Below the pieces are notes generated by a model. The model did no database searches, was not told the DNA's origin, and was given only the letters and a program-made list of their open reading frames with translations. Made by a program: the position numbers and the translations under genes. This document shows, piece by piece, positions 38,188 to 45,722 of a DNA stretch of 64,000 bases. Source of the DNA: Anaerolineae bacterium (GTDB lineage Bacteria > Chloroflexota > Anaerolineae > S140-20); the NCBI GenBank assembly GCA_027021705.1, contig JALUTT010000073.1:29535-93534 (forward strand). Direction: 5' to 3'. Each line of letters opens with the position of its first letter. The first letter of the stretch is position 1.

Positions 38188-38499
38188 CGCACGCACTGAC
38201 TTGACATGATGGATTATGGGTTATCACCGATCTCGTTGACTTGCGCGACACGATTTCGGGTGGGATGCCACAGGGCTCTCGTCATAGCATCATCATAGGT
38301 GTGGTCATAGGTCTCCTCTAGCCTGGAGGTGGCTTGGCAGTCGGCCTGTCGCCTGTCGTTCCCCAGGCGAGGCCGATCTCTGAACTATGTATGCGCAGTT
38401 TCCGGGTTGCTGCCGATCTCCTGGCTGCCAGGCTTCGTTTCGTGTTGGGCCTAGCGCCGGTCAGGGATGGCAATGGTGTCTCCTAGGAGAGGAAGCACG

Positions 38500-38739
38500 A
38501 TGTCCTACCAAGCCCTGGAGATGCTGGTTGGTGAGGCGATTATTGATCAGGAGTTCCGGTCCCGTCTCCTCAACGGCCAGCGCCCCCACATTCTACAGCA
38601 GTACGATCTGACTCCCGAGGAGCGCCGGATGCTCCTGAGCATCCAGGCCAATTCTCTGGAGGAGTTTGCCGCTTGCATTTACCATTGGCTGCAGACTCAG
38701 ACTCACCCTGGCGGGGCAACGCCCTGGCTGGCCGCGTAA
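38500..38739 (+). CDS. Small protein with Nif11/NHLP-leader-like domain and a GG motif near the C-terminus
   Basis: MSYQALEMLVGEAIIDQEFRSRLLNGQRPHILQQYDLTPEERRML... follows the A-x-x-D-x-x-F-R-x-x-L-L...L-x-P-E-E pattern of NHLP/Nif11 leaders. It ends ...QTQTHPGG-ATPWLAA. Family assignment is from memory of the motif, not a search. Confidence 0.45.
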   Translation: MSYQALEMLVGEAIIDQEFRSRLLNGQRPHILQQYDLTPEERRMLLSIQANSLEEFAACIYHWLQTQTHPGGATPWLAA

Positions 38740-38751
38740 CCGGGGAGCGAT

Positions 38752-39162
38752 ATGGCCGCTCGTATCCTCATTGCCGACGACGACCCCGACATGCGTCACC
38801 TGCTCCGGTTAATCCTCCGACGGCGAGGGTATCAGATCATCGAAGCTCAAGATGGCAAAGAGACGCTGGCGCGGGCGTCGGAGGAGAGACCTGATCTGAT
38901 CCTGTTGGACATTATGATGCCCCGGATGAGCGGTTTCGAAGTCTGTCGCCGACTTCAAGCTGACAAGGGAACAATGCACATTCCCATCATCTTCCTCACA
39001 GCCAAGAGTGATCCCGTCAGCCGCAGCGAAGGACTTCGGTTAGGAGCTCGGGACTTCATTAGTAAGATGGTTGGTCCTAAGCAGCTGGTTGAGCAGATCG
39101 AGCGGATCCTGAGTCCGTGCCGGGACGATGCTGCTCATGCTTCTCTGGCCAGCCAGGCGTAG
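38752..39162 (+). CDS. Single-domain response regulator (CheY-like REC)
   Basis: ILIADDDPDMRHLL...DLILLDIMMPRMSGFEV...IIFLTAKSD. Confidence 0.85.
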   Translation: MAARILIADDDPDMRHLLRLILRRRGYQIIEAQDGKETLARASEERPDLILLDIMMPRMSGFEVCRRLQADKGTMHIPIIFLTAKSDPVSRSEGLRLGARDFISKMVGPKQLVEQIERILSPCRDDAAHASLASQA

Positions 39163-39231
39163 TCCCTGCCCTTAAGGTGAGCAAGCCCTTCGCCAAGCTG
39201 GCGAAGGGTTTCCTCTGTTAATGGGGGTTCT

Positions 39232-40350
39232 GTGGACACCTTTCAGGTTCTCTATGCAACGGACTTCCTTGAAGTTGCCCGATCTACCCGGCAGCGCCTG
39301 AACGTCTACATCCCCTCTTTGAAAATCCACCTAGTCAGTCCGGCTCATCAGGCCCTGACGTGGCTTGACGCGAGACCTTTTCACGTGCTTCTGTTGGAGC
39401 CTTCCTCCTCCGAGGAGGCTCTGTCTCTGTTACAGACCCTTCGACGCCAGTTTCCTGCTCTCCCCGTCATCGTCCTGATAGAACCGGCCTCTCCCCAGGT
39501 TGTCGAAGCGTTCCTGAGGGCTAGCGCTTACGATTGCCTCCCTCGGAAGGAAGTTCTCCCCTCCCGGTTGGCTTCTCTCTTAAAGCATGCTGGTCATTAC
39601 GCCCAACTGCTCCGCCAGCAGAGGGAGCTAAACACCTGTCTGGATACCAATCGTCTTCAGATCGAGACGTTGCGCCAGCAACTGAGCAGCCTGATTCACG
39701 ATCTACGCACCCCACTCTCCAGTATCAAGCTTCACCTCACGCTGCTCCAGCGGGGGAAGGAGGAACGGCGCGAGGACTATCTGGCGACGCTGAGGCGGGA
39801 GGTGGAGCGGCTGGAGAGCCTTGTCCAGACAGCTCTTGAGTCTGCCCAGCCGGACCCTTCCGCCTCACCGGCGGCAAGGCAGACGTGCGACATCAACCAG
39901 GTGGTTCAAGCTTTGGTGAGGGATCGCCAGGAGATGGCTCATCAACGGGGGCTACGCTTCACTTGGCATCTGGCGCCTTACCTTCCCCCGGTGACCGGCA
40001 ATGGGCCGATGATTGCCCAGGCCATAGACAACCTCATCATCAATGCCCTCAACTACACGCCTGCGGGCGGGGAGGTTGCCGTCTACACGATGGGGCACCA
40101 CTTAGGCGAAGAGAGGTGGATCACCATCACGGTCAGCGACACAGGGCTGGGCATCGCTCCTGAGGAGATCTCCCACCTCTTTGATCGGTACTACCGGGGA
40201 GAAGCAGCCCGACAGACGGGAAGGCCAGGCAGTGGGCTGGGCCTGGCGCTCAGTCGGGAGATCGTGGAAGCCCACGGGGGACGTATTGAGGTCGAAAGTC
40301 AGCTTGGGCAGGGAAGCTCCTTCACCATCTGGCTACCGGCGATCTCCTGA
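39232..40350 (+). CDS. Cytoplasmic histidine kinase with N-terminal degenerate receiver-like domain
   Basis: HisKA H-box IHDLRTPLSSI, HATPase N/G boxes (NLIINALNYTPAGG, SDTGLGIAPEE, GSGLGLALS). N-terminal ~120 aa is REC-like (VLLLEP...VIVLIEP). Confidence 0.8.
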   Translation: MDTFQVLYATDFLEVARSTRQRLNVYIPSLKIHLVSPAHQALTWLDARPFHVLLLEPSSSEEALSLLQTLRRQFPALPVIVLIEPASPQVVEAFLRASAYDCLPRKEVLPSRLASLLKHAGHYAQLLRQQRELNTCLDTNRLQIETLRQQLSSLIHDLRTPLSSIKLHLTLLQRGKEERREDYLATLRREVERLESLVQTALESAQPDPSASPAARQTCDINQVVQALVRDRQEMAHQRGLRFTWHLAPYLPPVTGNGPMIAQAIDNLIINALNYTPAGGEVAVYTMGHHLGEERWITITVSDTGLGIAPEEISHLFDRYYRGEAARQTGRPGSGLGLALSREIVEAHGGRIEVESQLGQGSSFTIWLPAIS

Positions 40351-40359
40351 AAGGGCGTT

Positions 40360-41073
40360 TCACTCCAGGGTGAACTCCCCCTGGGACTGGACCAGCCGGT
40401 AGCCCACCCCACGCTCGGTGATGATCAGCTTGGGATGGGAGGGGTCCTCCTCGATCTTCTGGCGGAGGTACCAGATATAGAGTTTGAGGTATTGGCGCTC
40501 TTCCTCGTAAGCCGGCCCCCAGACCTGGCTGAGGAGGAAGCGGTGGGTCAGCACCTTTCCCTCGTTGCGGATCAGGGTGGAAAGCAGTTTGAACTCGATG
40601 GGGGTCAGGTCCACCGGTTTGCCATTCACCCGCACTTCCCGGCTTTCCAGGTCCACCGTCAAGGGGCCATTCTTGTAGACCCGGGCTTCAATGCCCGTTC
40701 CCCCTCCCTGGCGGGCTCGACGCAGGACCGCCTCGATGCGCGCCAGGAGCTCCCGAGGGCTGAAAGGCTTCACCAGGTAGTCGTCGGCCCCCATCTCCAG
40801 CCCCCGCACGATGTCTGCCTCCTTCCCAATGGCTGTGACGAAGATGATGGGCACGTCGGAGAGCTCGCGCAGCCGTTCGCAGACGGTCCAGCCATCCATA
40901 TCCGGCATCATAATGTCCAGCACGACCAGGTCCGGTTGCCAGGCATAAGCCTGCCGCAATCCCTCAGCGCCATCGTGAGCCACGATGACCTGGTAGTCCT
41001 TTGCCTCCAGCTGCAACTGGATCAGCGAGGCAATGGCAGGATCATCCTCCACGACCAGGATGCGGGTTGGCAT
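40360..41073 (-). CDS. OmpR-family response regulator
   Basis: RILVVEDDPAIASLIQ...DLVVLDIMMPDMDGWTV; C-terminal YLKLYIWYLRQKIE...ITERGVGYRL. Confidence 0.9.
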   Translation of the reverse strand: MPTRILVVEDDPAIASLIQLQLEAKDYQVIVAHDGAEGLRQAYAWQPDLVVLDIMMPDMDGWTVCERLRELSDVPIIFVTAIGKEADIVRGLEMGADDYLVKPFSPRELLARIEAVLRRARQGGGTGIEARVYKNGPLTVDLESREVRVNGKPVDLTPIEFKLLSTLIRNEGKVLTHRFLLSQVWGPAYEEERQYLKLYIWYLRQKIEEDPSHPKLIITERGVGYRLVQSQGEFTLE

Positions 41074-41144
41074 ACCTTCTCCTCCCTCTCACCACACAAA
41101 AGGTCCGGCTCTCCCCATTATACTACCCTTGAAGCAGAACTTTG

Positions 41145-42233
41145 TCAACGCCTTTCCGCAATTTCCGAGCGCCCCCGACGCTCTCTCACCTTCCGCCAGT
41201 GCCGCCAGCGCATCCAGGCCAGCAGGCGGGGCATCACCGTCGTGTAAAGCCTGTAGAGCAGGGGCCTGGCGGGGTAGTCGTAGGCCCCGATGTGGGGCAC
41301 GAAGGTGCCGCCAAACCCCTGCTTGAAGCGGTAGACCCCCCACATCGGGTCATCCTCGTCCAGCCGATCCGGCGCTCCCCACAGGTCGTACTCCAGGCAC
41401 CCCTGGCGCTTCGCCCAGCGGATCGCCTCCCACTGGAGCAGGTGGTTGGGCATCCGGTTGCGGTGCCGGCTGCGGGAGGCCCCGTACAGGTACCAGGCCC
41501 GCCCTCCGAAGCGAAAGAGGATGACCATCGCCAGGGGCTCCCCTTCGTACTCGGCGATCAGGGGTTGGGCCAGCCCCGCCTGGATGAAACGGCCCCAGGC
41601 GTCCTGGTAGTAGGCGAAGGGACGGATGACGAAGCCATCGCGGTGGGCCGTCTCCTCGTACATCTGGTAGAGAAGCGGAAGGTCTTCCAGCCCGCCCTGG
41701 CGGACCGTCACCCCTTTCCGCCGGGCCAGCCGGATGTTGTAGCGCCACTTGCTCTTCATTGCCGCCAGCAGCGCTTCCTCGTTGGGCCGCAGGTCGAGGA
41801 CCATCGTATTGCGGAACTGGACCTGCTCCGGCGAGAGCCGCCATCCCCGCTGGCGCAGCAGGGCCACGACCGCCTCCCCTTCCGCCGTGTCGGTCCGCAC
41901 GTCGGGGTCTATCTTGACGAAGATCGCCCGCACCCGGCGCGCGAACGCCTCCAGGTGCCCCAGGACCCCCTCCAGGACGGGAAGGTCTCCGTAGTCCAGG
42001 ATGGGGCCTTTGGGGACGTAGAGCACCGAGAAGGGCAGGGGGGAGGCCTGCCGGTGCAGAACGAGGGCGGCCGCCTTGGGCGCTCCTCCTTCGCGAAAGA
42101 GCCAGTAGGTCGGCTGCCAGCCGTGACGCCCTTTGAAAGCGCCCCACTCCCAGCTCTGCAGCAGGTGGGGGTGGGGCAGTGACCGGAGGGCCTGGTCCCA
42201 GGTTGCCGGATCGGCGATGGTCTCCCCGCGCAT
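41145..42233 (-). CDS. FemAB-family aminoacyltransferase (GNAT fold; peptidoglycan cross-bridge / BioF2-like)
   Basis: LLQSWEWGAFKGRHGW, ...FRFGGRAWYLYGASRSRHRNRMPNHLLQWEAIRWAKRQGCLEYDLWG is typical of the FemAB/FemX family. Confidence 0.7.
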   Translation of the reverse strand: MRGETIADPATWDQALRSLPHPHLLQSWEWGAFKGRHGWQPTYWLFREGGAPKAAALVLHRQASPLPFSVLYVPKGPILDYGDLPVLEGVLGHLEAFARRVRAIFVKIDPDVRTDTAEGEAVVALLRQRGWRLSPEQVQFRNTMVLDLRPNEEALLAAMKSKWRYNIRLARRKGVTVRQGGLEDLPLLYQMYEETAHRDGFVIRPFAYYQDAWGRFIQAGLAQPLIAEYEGEPLAMVILFRFGGRAWYLYGASRSRHRNRMPNHLLQWEAIRWAKRQGCLEYDLWGAPDRLDEDDPMWGVYRFKQGFGGTFVPHIGAYDYPARPLLYRLYTTVMPRLLAWMRWRHWRKVRERRGRSEIAERR

Positions 42234-42239
42234 CCTTCC

Positions 42240-43796
42240 CTATTCCCACTCGATGGTGGCCGGCGGCTTGCTGGTGATGTCGTAGACCACCCGGTTGACG
42301 CCGGCCACCTCGTTCACAATCCGGTTGCTCACCCGGGCCAGCAGTTCCAGGTCCAGCCGCGCCCAGTCGGCAGTCATAAAGTCCTCCGTCGTCACAGCCC
42401 GCAGGGCGACGGTGTAGCCGTAGGTCCGCTCATCGCCCATCACCCCTACGCTGCGCACGGGTAGCAGGACGGCAAAGGCTTGCTGGGTCGCCTCCCGCAG
42501 CAGTCCCGCCGCCTCCAGTTCCTCCAGGAAGATGGCGTCGGCCTGGCGCAGCATGGCCAGCCGCTCTTCCGTCACCTCCCCCAGGATGCGGACGGCCAGC
42601 CCCGGCCCCGGGAAGGGCTGCCGCCAGAGGATCTCCGGGGGCAACCCCAGCGCCTCCCCCACCGCCCGCACCTCATCCTTGAAGAGGTAGCGCAACGGCT
42701 CGATCAGTTCAAAGGCCATCTCCTCCGGCAGCCCCCCCACGTTGTGATGGGTCTTGATGCGAGCCGCGCTCTGCCGCTCCGGCCCCCGGCTCTCGATCAC
42801 GTCGGGGTAGAGGGTCCCCTGGGCCAGGAAGCGGAAATGGCCCAACCGGCGGGCCTGCTCCTCGAAGAGCCGGATGAAGGTCTCTCCGATGATCCGGCGC
42901 TTGGCCTCCGGGTCGGTCACGCCCCGCAGGGCCTCTAGGAAGGTGCGGCGGGCGTCTACCGCCACCAGCTCCATCCCCATCCCTTCGCGGAAGGTGCGCA
43001 CCACCTGGGCCGGCTCCCCTTGCCGCAGGAGGCCGGTGTCCACGAAGACGCTGACCAGCCGGTCTCCGATGGCCCGGTGGACGAGGGCGGCTGTGACCGC
43101 CGAGTCCACGCCGCCGCTGAGGGCGCAGAGGACCCGGTCCCGCTCCCCCACCCGCTCCCGGATGGCGGCGATCTGCTGCTCGACAATGTTGCCCGGCGTC
43201 CAGGTGGGCCGACAGCCGCAGACCTGCAGGGCGAAGTTGCGCAGCATCACGCCCCCGTGGGGGGTGTGGACGACTTCGGGGTGGAACTGGACAGCGTAGA
43301 GCCCCCGGTGGGGATCGCCCATCGCCGCTACAGGCGAGTTGACCGTCCGGGCCAGGACCTGGAAGCCGGGGGGCAGCCGCTCCACCCGGTCGCCGTGGGA
43401 CATCCAGACGGGCAGGCCCTCAGCCGGGGCGGGGAGGCCGGTGAAGAGCGGGGCCTCGGGCTCGACGACGGTCAGCCGGGCGGGACCGTACTCCCGTTGC
43501 CGGGCCGGGGCCACCCTTCCCCCCAGGGCCTGGGCCAGCAACTGCATCCCGTAGCAGATGCCCAGGACCGGCCGGCCGGAGGCGAGGACGTAGTCGGGCA
43601 AGGTGGGCGCCTCGGGGGCGTAGACGCTGGCCGGCCCCCCGGAGAGGATGAAGCCCCGGGGGCGCAGGGCCAGCACCTCCTCGGCCGGCGCATCCCAGGG
43701 GAAGAGCTCGCAGTAGACCTGGGCCTCGCGCACCCGCCGGACGATGAGCTGACTGGTCTGGGAACCGAAGTCGAGAACGATAAGGGTATTGGGCAT
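42240..43796 (-). CDS. guaA: GMP synthase (glutamine-hydrolysing)
   Basis: GATase [26 protein letters not shown]; ATP-PPase SGGVDSAV; C-terminal dimerisation domain ...PATIEWE. Confidence 0.95.
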   Translation of the reverse strand: MPNTLIVLDFGSQTSQLIVRRVREAQVYCELFPWDAPAEEVLALRPRGFILSGGPASVYAPEAPTLPDYVLASGRPVLGICYGMQLLAQALGGRVAPARQREYGPARLTVVEPEAPLFTGLPAPAEGLPVWMSHGDRVERLPPGFQVLARTVNSPVAAMGDPHRGLYAVQFHPEVVHTPHGGVMLRNFALQVCGCRPTWTPGNIVEQQIAAIRERVGERDRVLCALSGGVDSAVTAALVHRAIGDRLVSVFVDTGLLRQGEPAQVVRTFREGMGMELVAVDARRTFLEALRGVTDPEAKRRIIGETFIRLFEEQARRLGHFRFLAQGTLYPDVIESRGPERQSAARIKTHHNVGGLPEEMAFELIEPLRYLFKDEVRAVGEALGLPPEILWRQPFPGPGLAVRILGEVTEERLAMLRQADAIFLEELEAAGLLREATQQAFAVLLPVRSVGVMGDERTYGYTVALRAVTTEDFMTADWARLDLELLARVSNRIVNEVAGVNRVVYDITSKPPATIEWE

Positions 43797-43803
43797 GGTT
43801 GCA

Positions 43804-43908
43804 GTGAGGTGTGAGGTGTAAAACGTAAGGTGTGAAACGTGAAATGTGAAACGTGAAACGTGAGGCGTGAAACGTGAAGCGTGAGGTGTGGAACGTGAAA
43901 CGTAAGGC
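43804..43908. repeat. Heptanucleotide tandem array B, (GTGARRY)x~15; inverted relative to arrays A and C
   Basis: gtgaggt gtgaggt gtaaaac gtaaggt gtgaaac gtgaaat gtgaaac gtgaaac gtgaggc gtgaaac gtgaagc gtgaggt gtggaac gtgaaac gtaaggc. It ends 2 nt before the stop of the four-helix-bundle gene. Confidence 0.8.
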
Positions 43909-43909
43909 G

Positions 43910-44383
43910 TTACTCCAGTCGGTAGGTGATCTCAGCTTCGCGCAAGGGGCGTCCCCGTTGCTGAGGGATCATCGTCAGCAGCAGTCGGATAATCTCGCTG
44001 AGCAGCGTCAGCCGGTGTTCGAGGATCTCATCTCCCAAGACGTAACGGGCTTTGAAGTACCAATCACGGCTCTCGCGGGCCGACCCCAGAGCGTACTCGT
44101 AAAAGCGTGCGCGATCTCTGCCCGTGCCACGCGAATATCCTTCCGCCAGGTTGGCGCTGATGGAGCCCACCGCCCGGTATAGCTGGTCGGCCAAGGCTCT
44201 CGTCCGCCGGTCCCCGATCAGCCGAGTGACGTCCCGCCACCCCAGGTCACCCAGAAACAGGGCCCGCCTGTACGCCTGCATCCTCCAAAGCGAATCTTTC
44301 TTGATCGCTGCCGGCACCTGGGCCTCCCACTCGGCGTATGTTCTCCAAACGCTGTTCACCTCCTCCCTCCTTTCACGCCTCAC
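43910..44383 (-). CDS. Four-helix-bundle protein (TIGR02436 / 23S rRNA-IVS-protein family; Avd-like)
   Basis: Core ...[24 protein letters not shown]...[44 protein letters not shown]... matches the family signature (I/LAEG, ALGS). The annotated GTG start lies inside heptamer array C, so the true start may be an internal codon (e.g. near MQAYRR). Confidence 0.7.
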   Translation of the reverse strand: MRRERREEVNSVWRTYAEWEAQVPAAIKKDSLWRMQAYRRALFLGDLGWRDVTRLIGDRRTRALADQLYRAVGSISANLAEGYSRGTGRDRARFYEYALGSARESRDWYFKARYVLGDEILEHRLTLLSEIIRLLLTMIPQQRGRPLREAEITYRLE

Positions 44384-44497
44384 GCCTTACGTTTCACGCT
44401 TCACGTTTCACGCCTCACGCCTCACGCCTTACGTTTCACGCTTCACGTTTCATGCCTCACGCTTCACACCTCACGCCTCACGCTTCACGCCTCACAT
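44371..44497. repeat. Heptanucleotide tandem array C, (YTCACGY)x~18
   Basis: ttcacgc ctcacgc cttacgt ttcacgc ttcacgt ttcacgc ctcacgc ... It spans the intergenic region and overlaps the 5' end of the four-helix-bundle ORF and the last codons of the GT4 gene. Confidence 0.8.
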
Positions 44498-45665
44498 TTT
44501 CCGCCCCCATCTCCCGATAAACCCCTACCAGCTTCTCCTGAGCCATTTGCCAAGTGAACTCCCGGCGCACCCGCTGGTAGGCCGCTTCGGCCAGCTGGTC
44601 GGCCAAGGCCGGGTCGTCCAGGAGGCGGAGCACCACGCGGGCCAGGTCGCTGGGGTCATCGGGGGTGAAGAGGAGGGCATCCACACCCTCCCGCATCAGT
44701 TCGCGCACGACGGGGAGGTTGGCGGCCACCACGGGCCGGCGGCAGGCCATATACTCCAGCAGCTTGATGGGGCTGCACCCCTGGGTGACGTTGCGGTCGT
44801 TGTAGCCCAGCGGAGCCAGGCAGATGGTGGCCCGGTTGATGAGGTCGGGGATCTGATCGGGAGGCAGTGGCCCTTCCAGGCTCACCCAGTCGGCCAGCCC
44901 CTGCTTGCGAATCCGCCGGCGCAGCATCTTGAGGCGGACCTTGCGCCCCCCGCCGACGATGCGCAGCCGGACGGGGCGCTCGGCCAGGATGTGGGGCATC
45001 GCGTCCAGCGCCGTCTCCACCCCTTGCCAGGAGGCCAACGTCCCCACGTAGAGCAGGGTCGGCGGCTCCGTGGGCTCGACGGGCCGGGGGGCGAAGCGGG
45101 TTGGGTCCACGCCGTTGGGGATGACGACGATGCGCTCCGGGGGGATGCCCAGGCTGCGGATGTACTCCCGGGTCACCCGGCTGGGGCAGAGGATCCGGTC
45201 GGCCCGGTGGAGGGTGAAGACCTCCTGCTGGCGCAGCTTCTCCAGGAGAGGCTGGTGGCGCAGGGCCGGGTAGTGGTACTTGAGCTCGATGCTGGGAAGG
45301 CCGTTGACCTCGTAGATCGTCCGGTAGGGGGGGCGCCGTCCATCACCGGCCCGGACGGCCGGCAGCCCGCTCCAGATGGAGCGGAAGTGCACCACGGCGT
45401 AACCGGGGTGGGTCGCCAGATGACGGGCCACCATCTCGGAGAAGGCCATCGCCCGCCGCAGGAAGTTCGTGTCTTGGGAATGGAAGCGCCAGATGCGTGC
45501 GCCTTCGTAGGTCCCTTCGGCAGGAAGGCCAGGCGTGCCGGCCGTCAGGAGATGGACCTCATAGCCGGCCTGAACCAGCCCCCGCACGAAGTAGGTGATG
45601 TGGGTGCTGGCTCCCTTGGGACTGGGCACGACATCGAACGCGGCGTAGAGGACCGTTGGGTTCAT
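44478..45665 (-). CDS. Glycosyltransferase family 4
   Basis: N-terminus MNPTVLYAAFDVVPSPKGASTHI..., C-terminal GT4 region. The last residues (NVRREA*) are encoded by heptamer array C. Confidence 0.8.
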   Translation of the reverse strand: MNPTVLYAAFDVVPSPKGASTHITYFVRGLVQAGYEVHLLTAGTPGLPAEGTYEGARIWRFHSQDTNFLRRAMAFSEMVARHLATHPGYAVVHFRSIWSGLPAVRAGDGRRPPYRTIYEVNGLPSIELKYHYPALRHQPLLEKLRQQEVFTLHRADRILCPSRVTREYIRSLGIPPERIVVIPNGVDPTRFAPRPVEPTEPPTLLYVGTLASWQGVETALDAMPHILAERPVRLRIVGGGRKVRLKMLRRRIRKQGLADWVSLEGPLPPDQIPDLINRATICLAPLGYNDRNVTQGCSPIKLLEYMACRRPVVAANLPVVRELMREGVDALLFTPDDPSDLARVVLRLLDDPALADQLAEAAYQRVRREFTWQMAQEKLVGVYREMGAENVRREA

Positions 45666-45722
45666 CCGAGGGATCGGTCTACAGGGCAGGGAGGTGACGG
45701 GTCGGCGCGGTGGACCGTGGGC

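Noticed and set aside
43910-44383. Avd-like gene as part of a complete diversity-generating retroelement
   Set aside because: No reverse transcriptase, template repeat or variable-repeat target gene within 20 kb on either side. It is flagged only as Avd-family.
43804-44497. Heptamer arrays as a CRISPR array
   Set aside because: The unit is only 7 bp with no intervening unique spacers and no cas genes. It is a microsatellite, not CRISPR.
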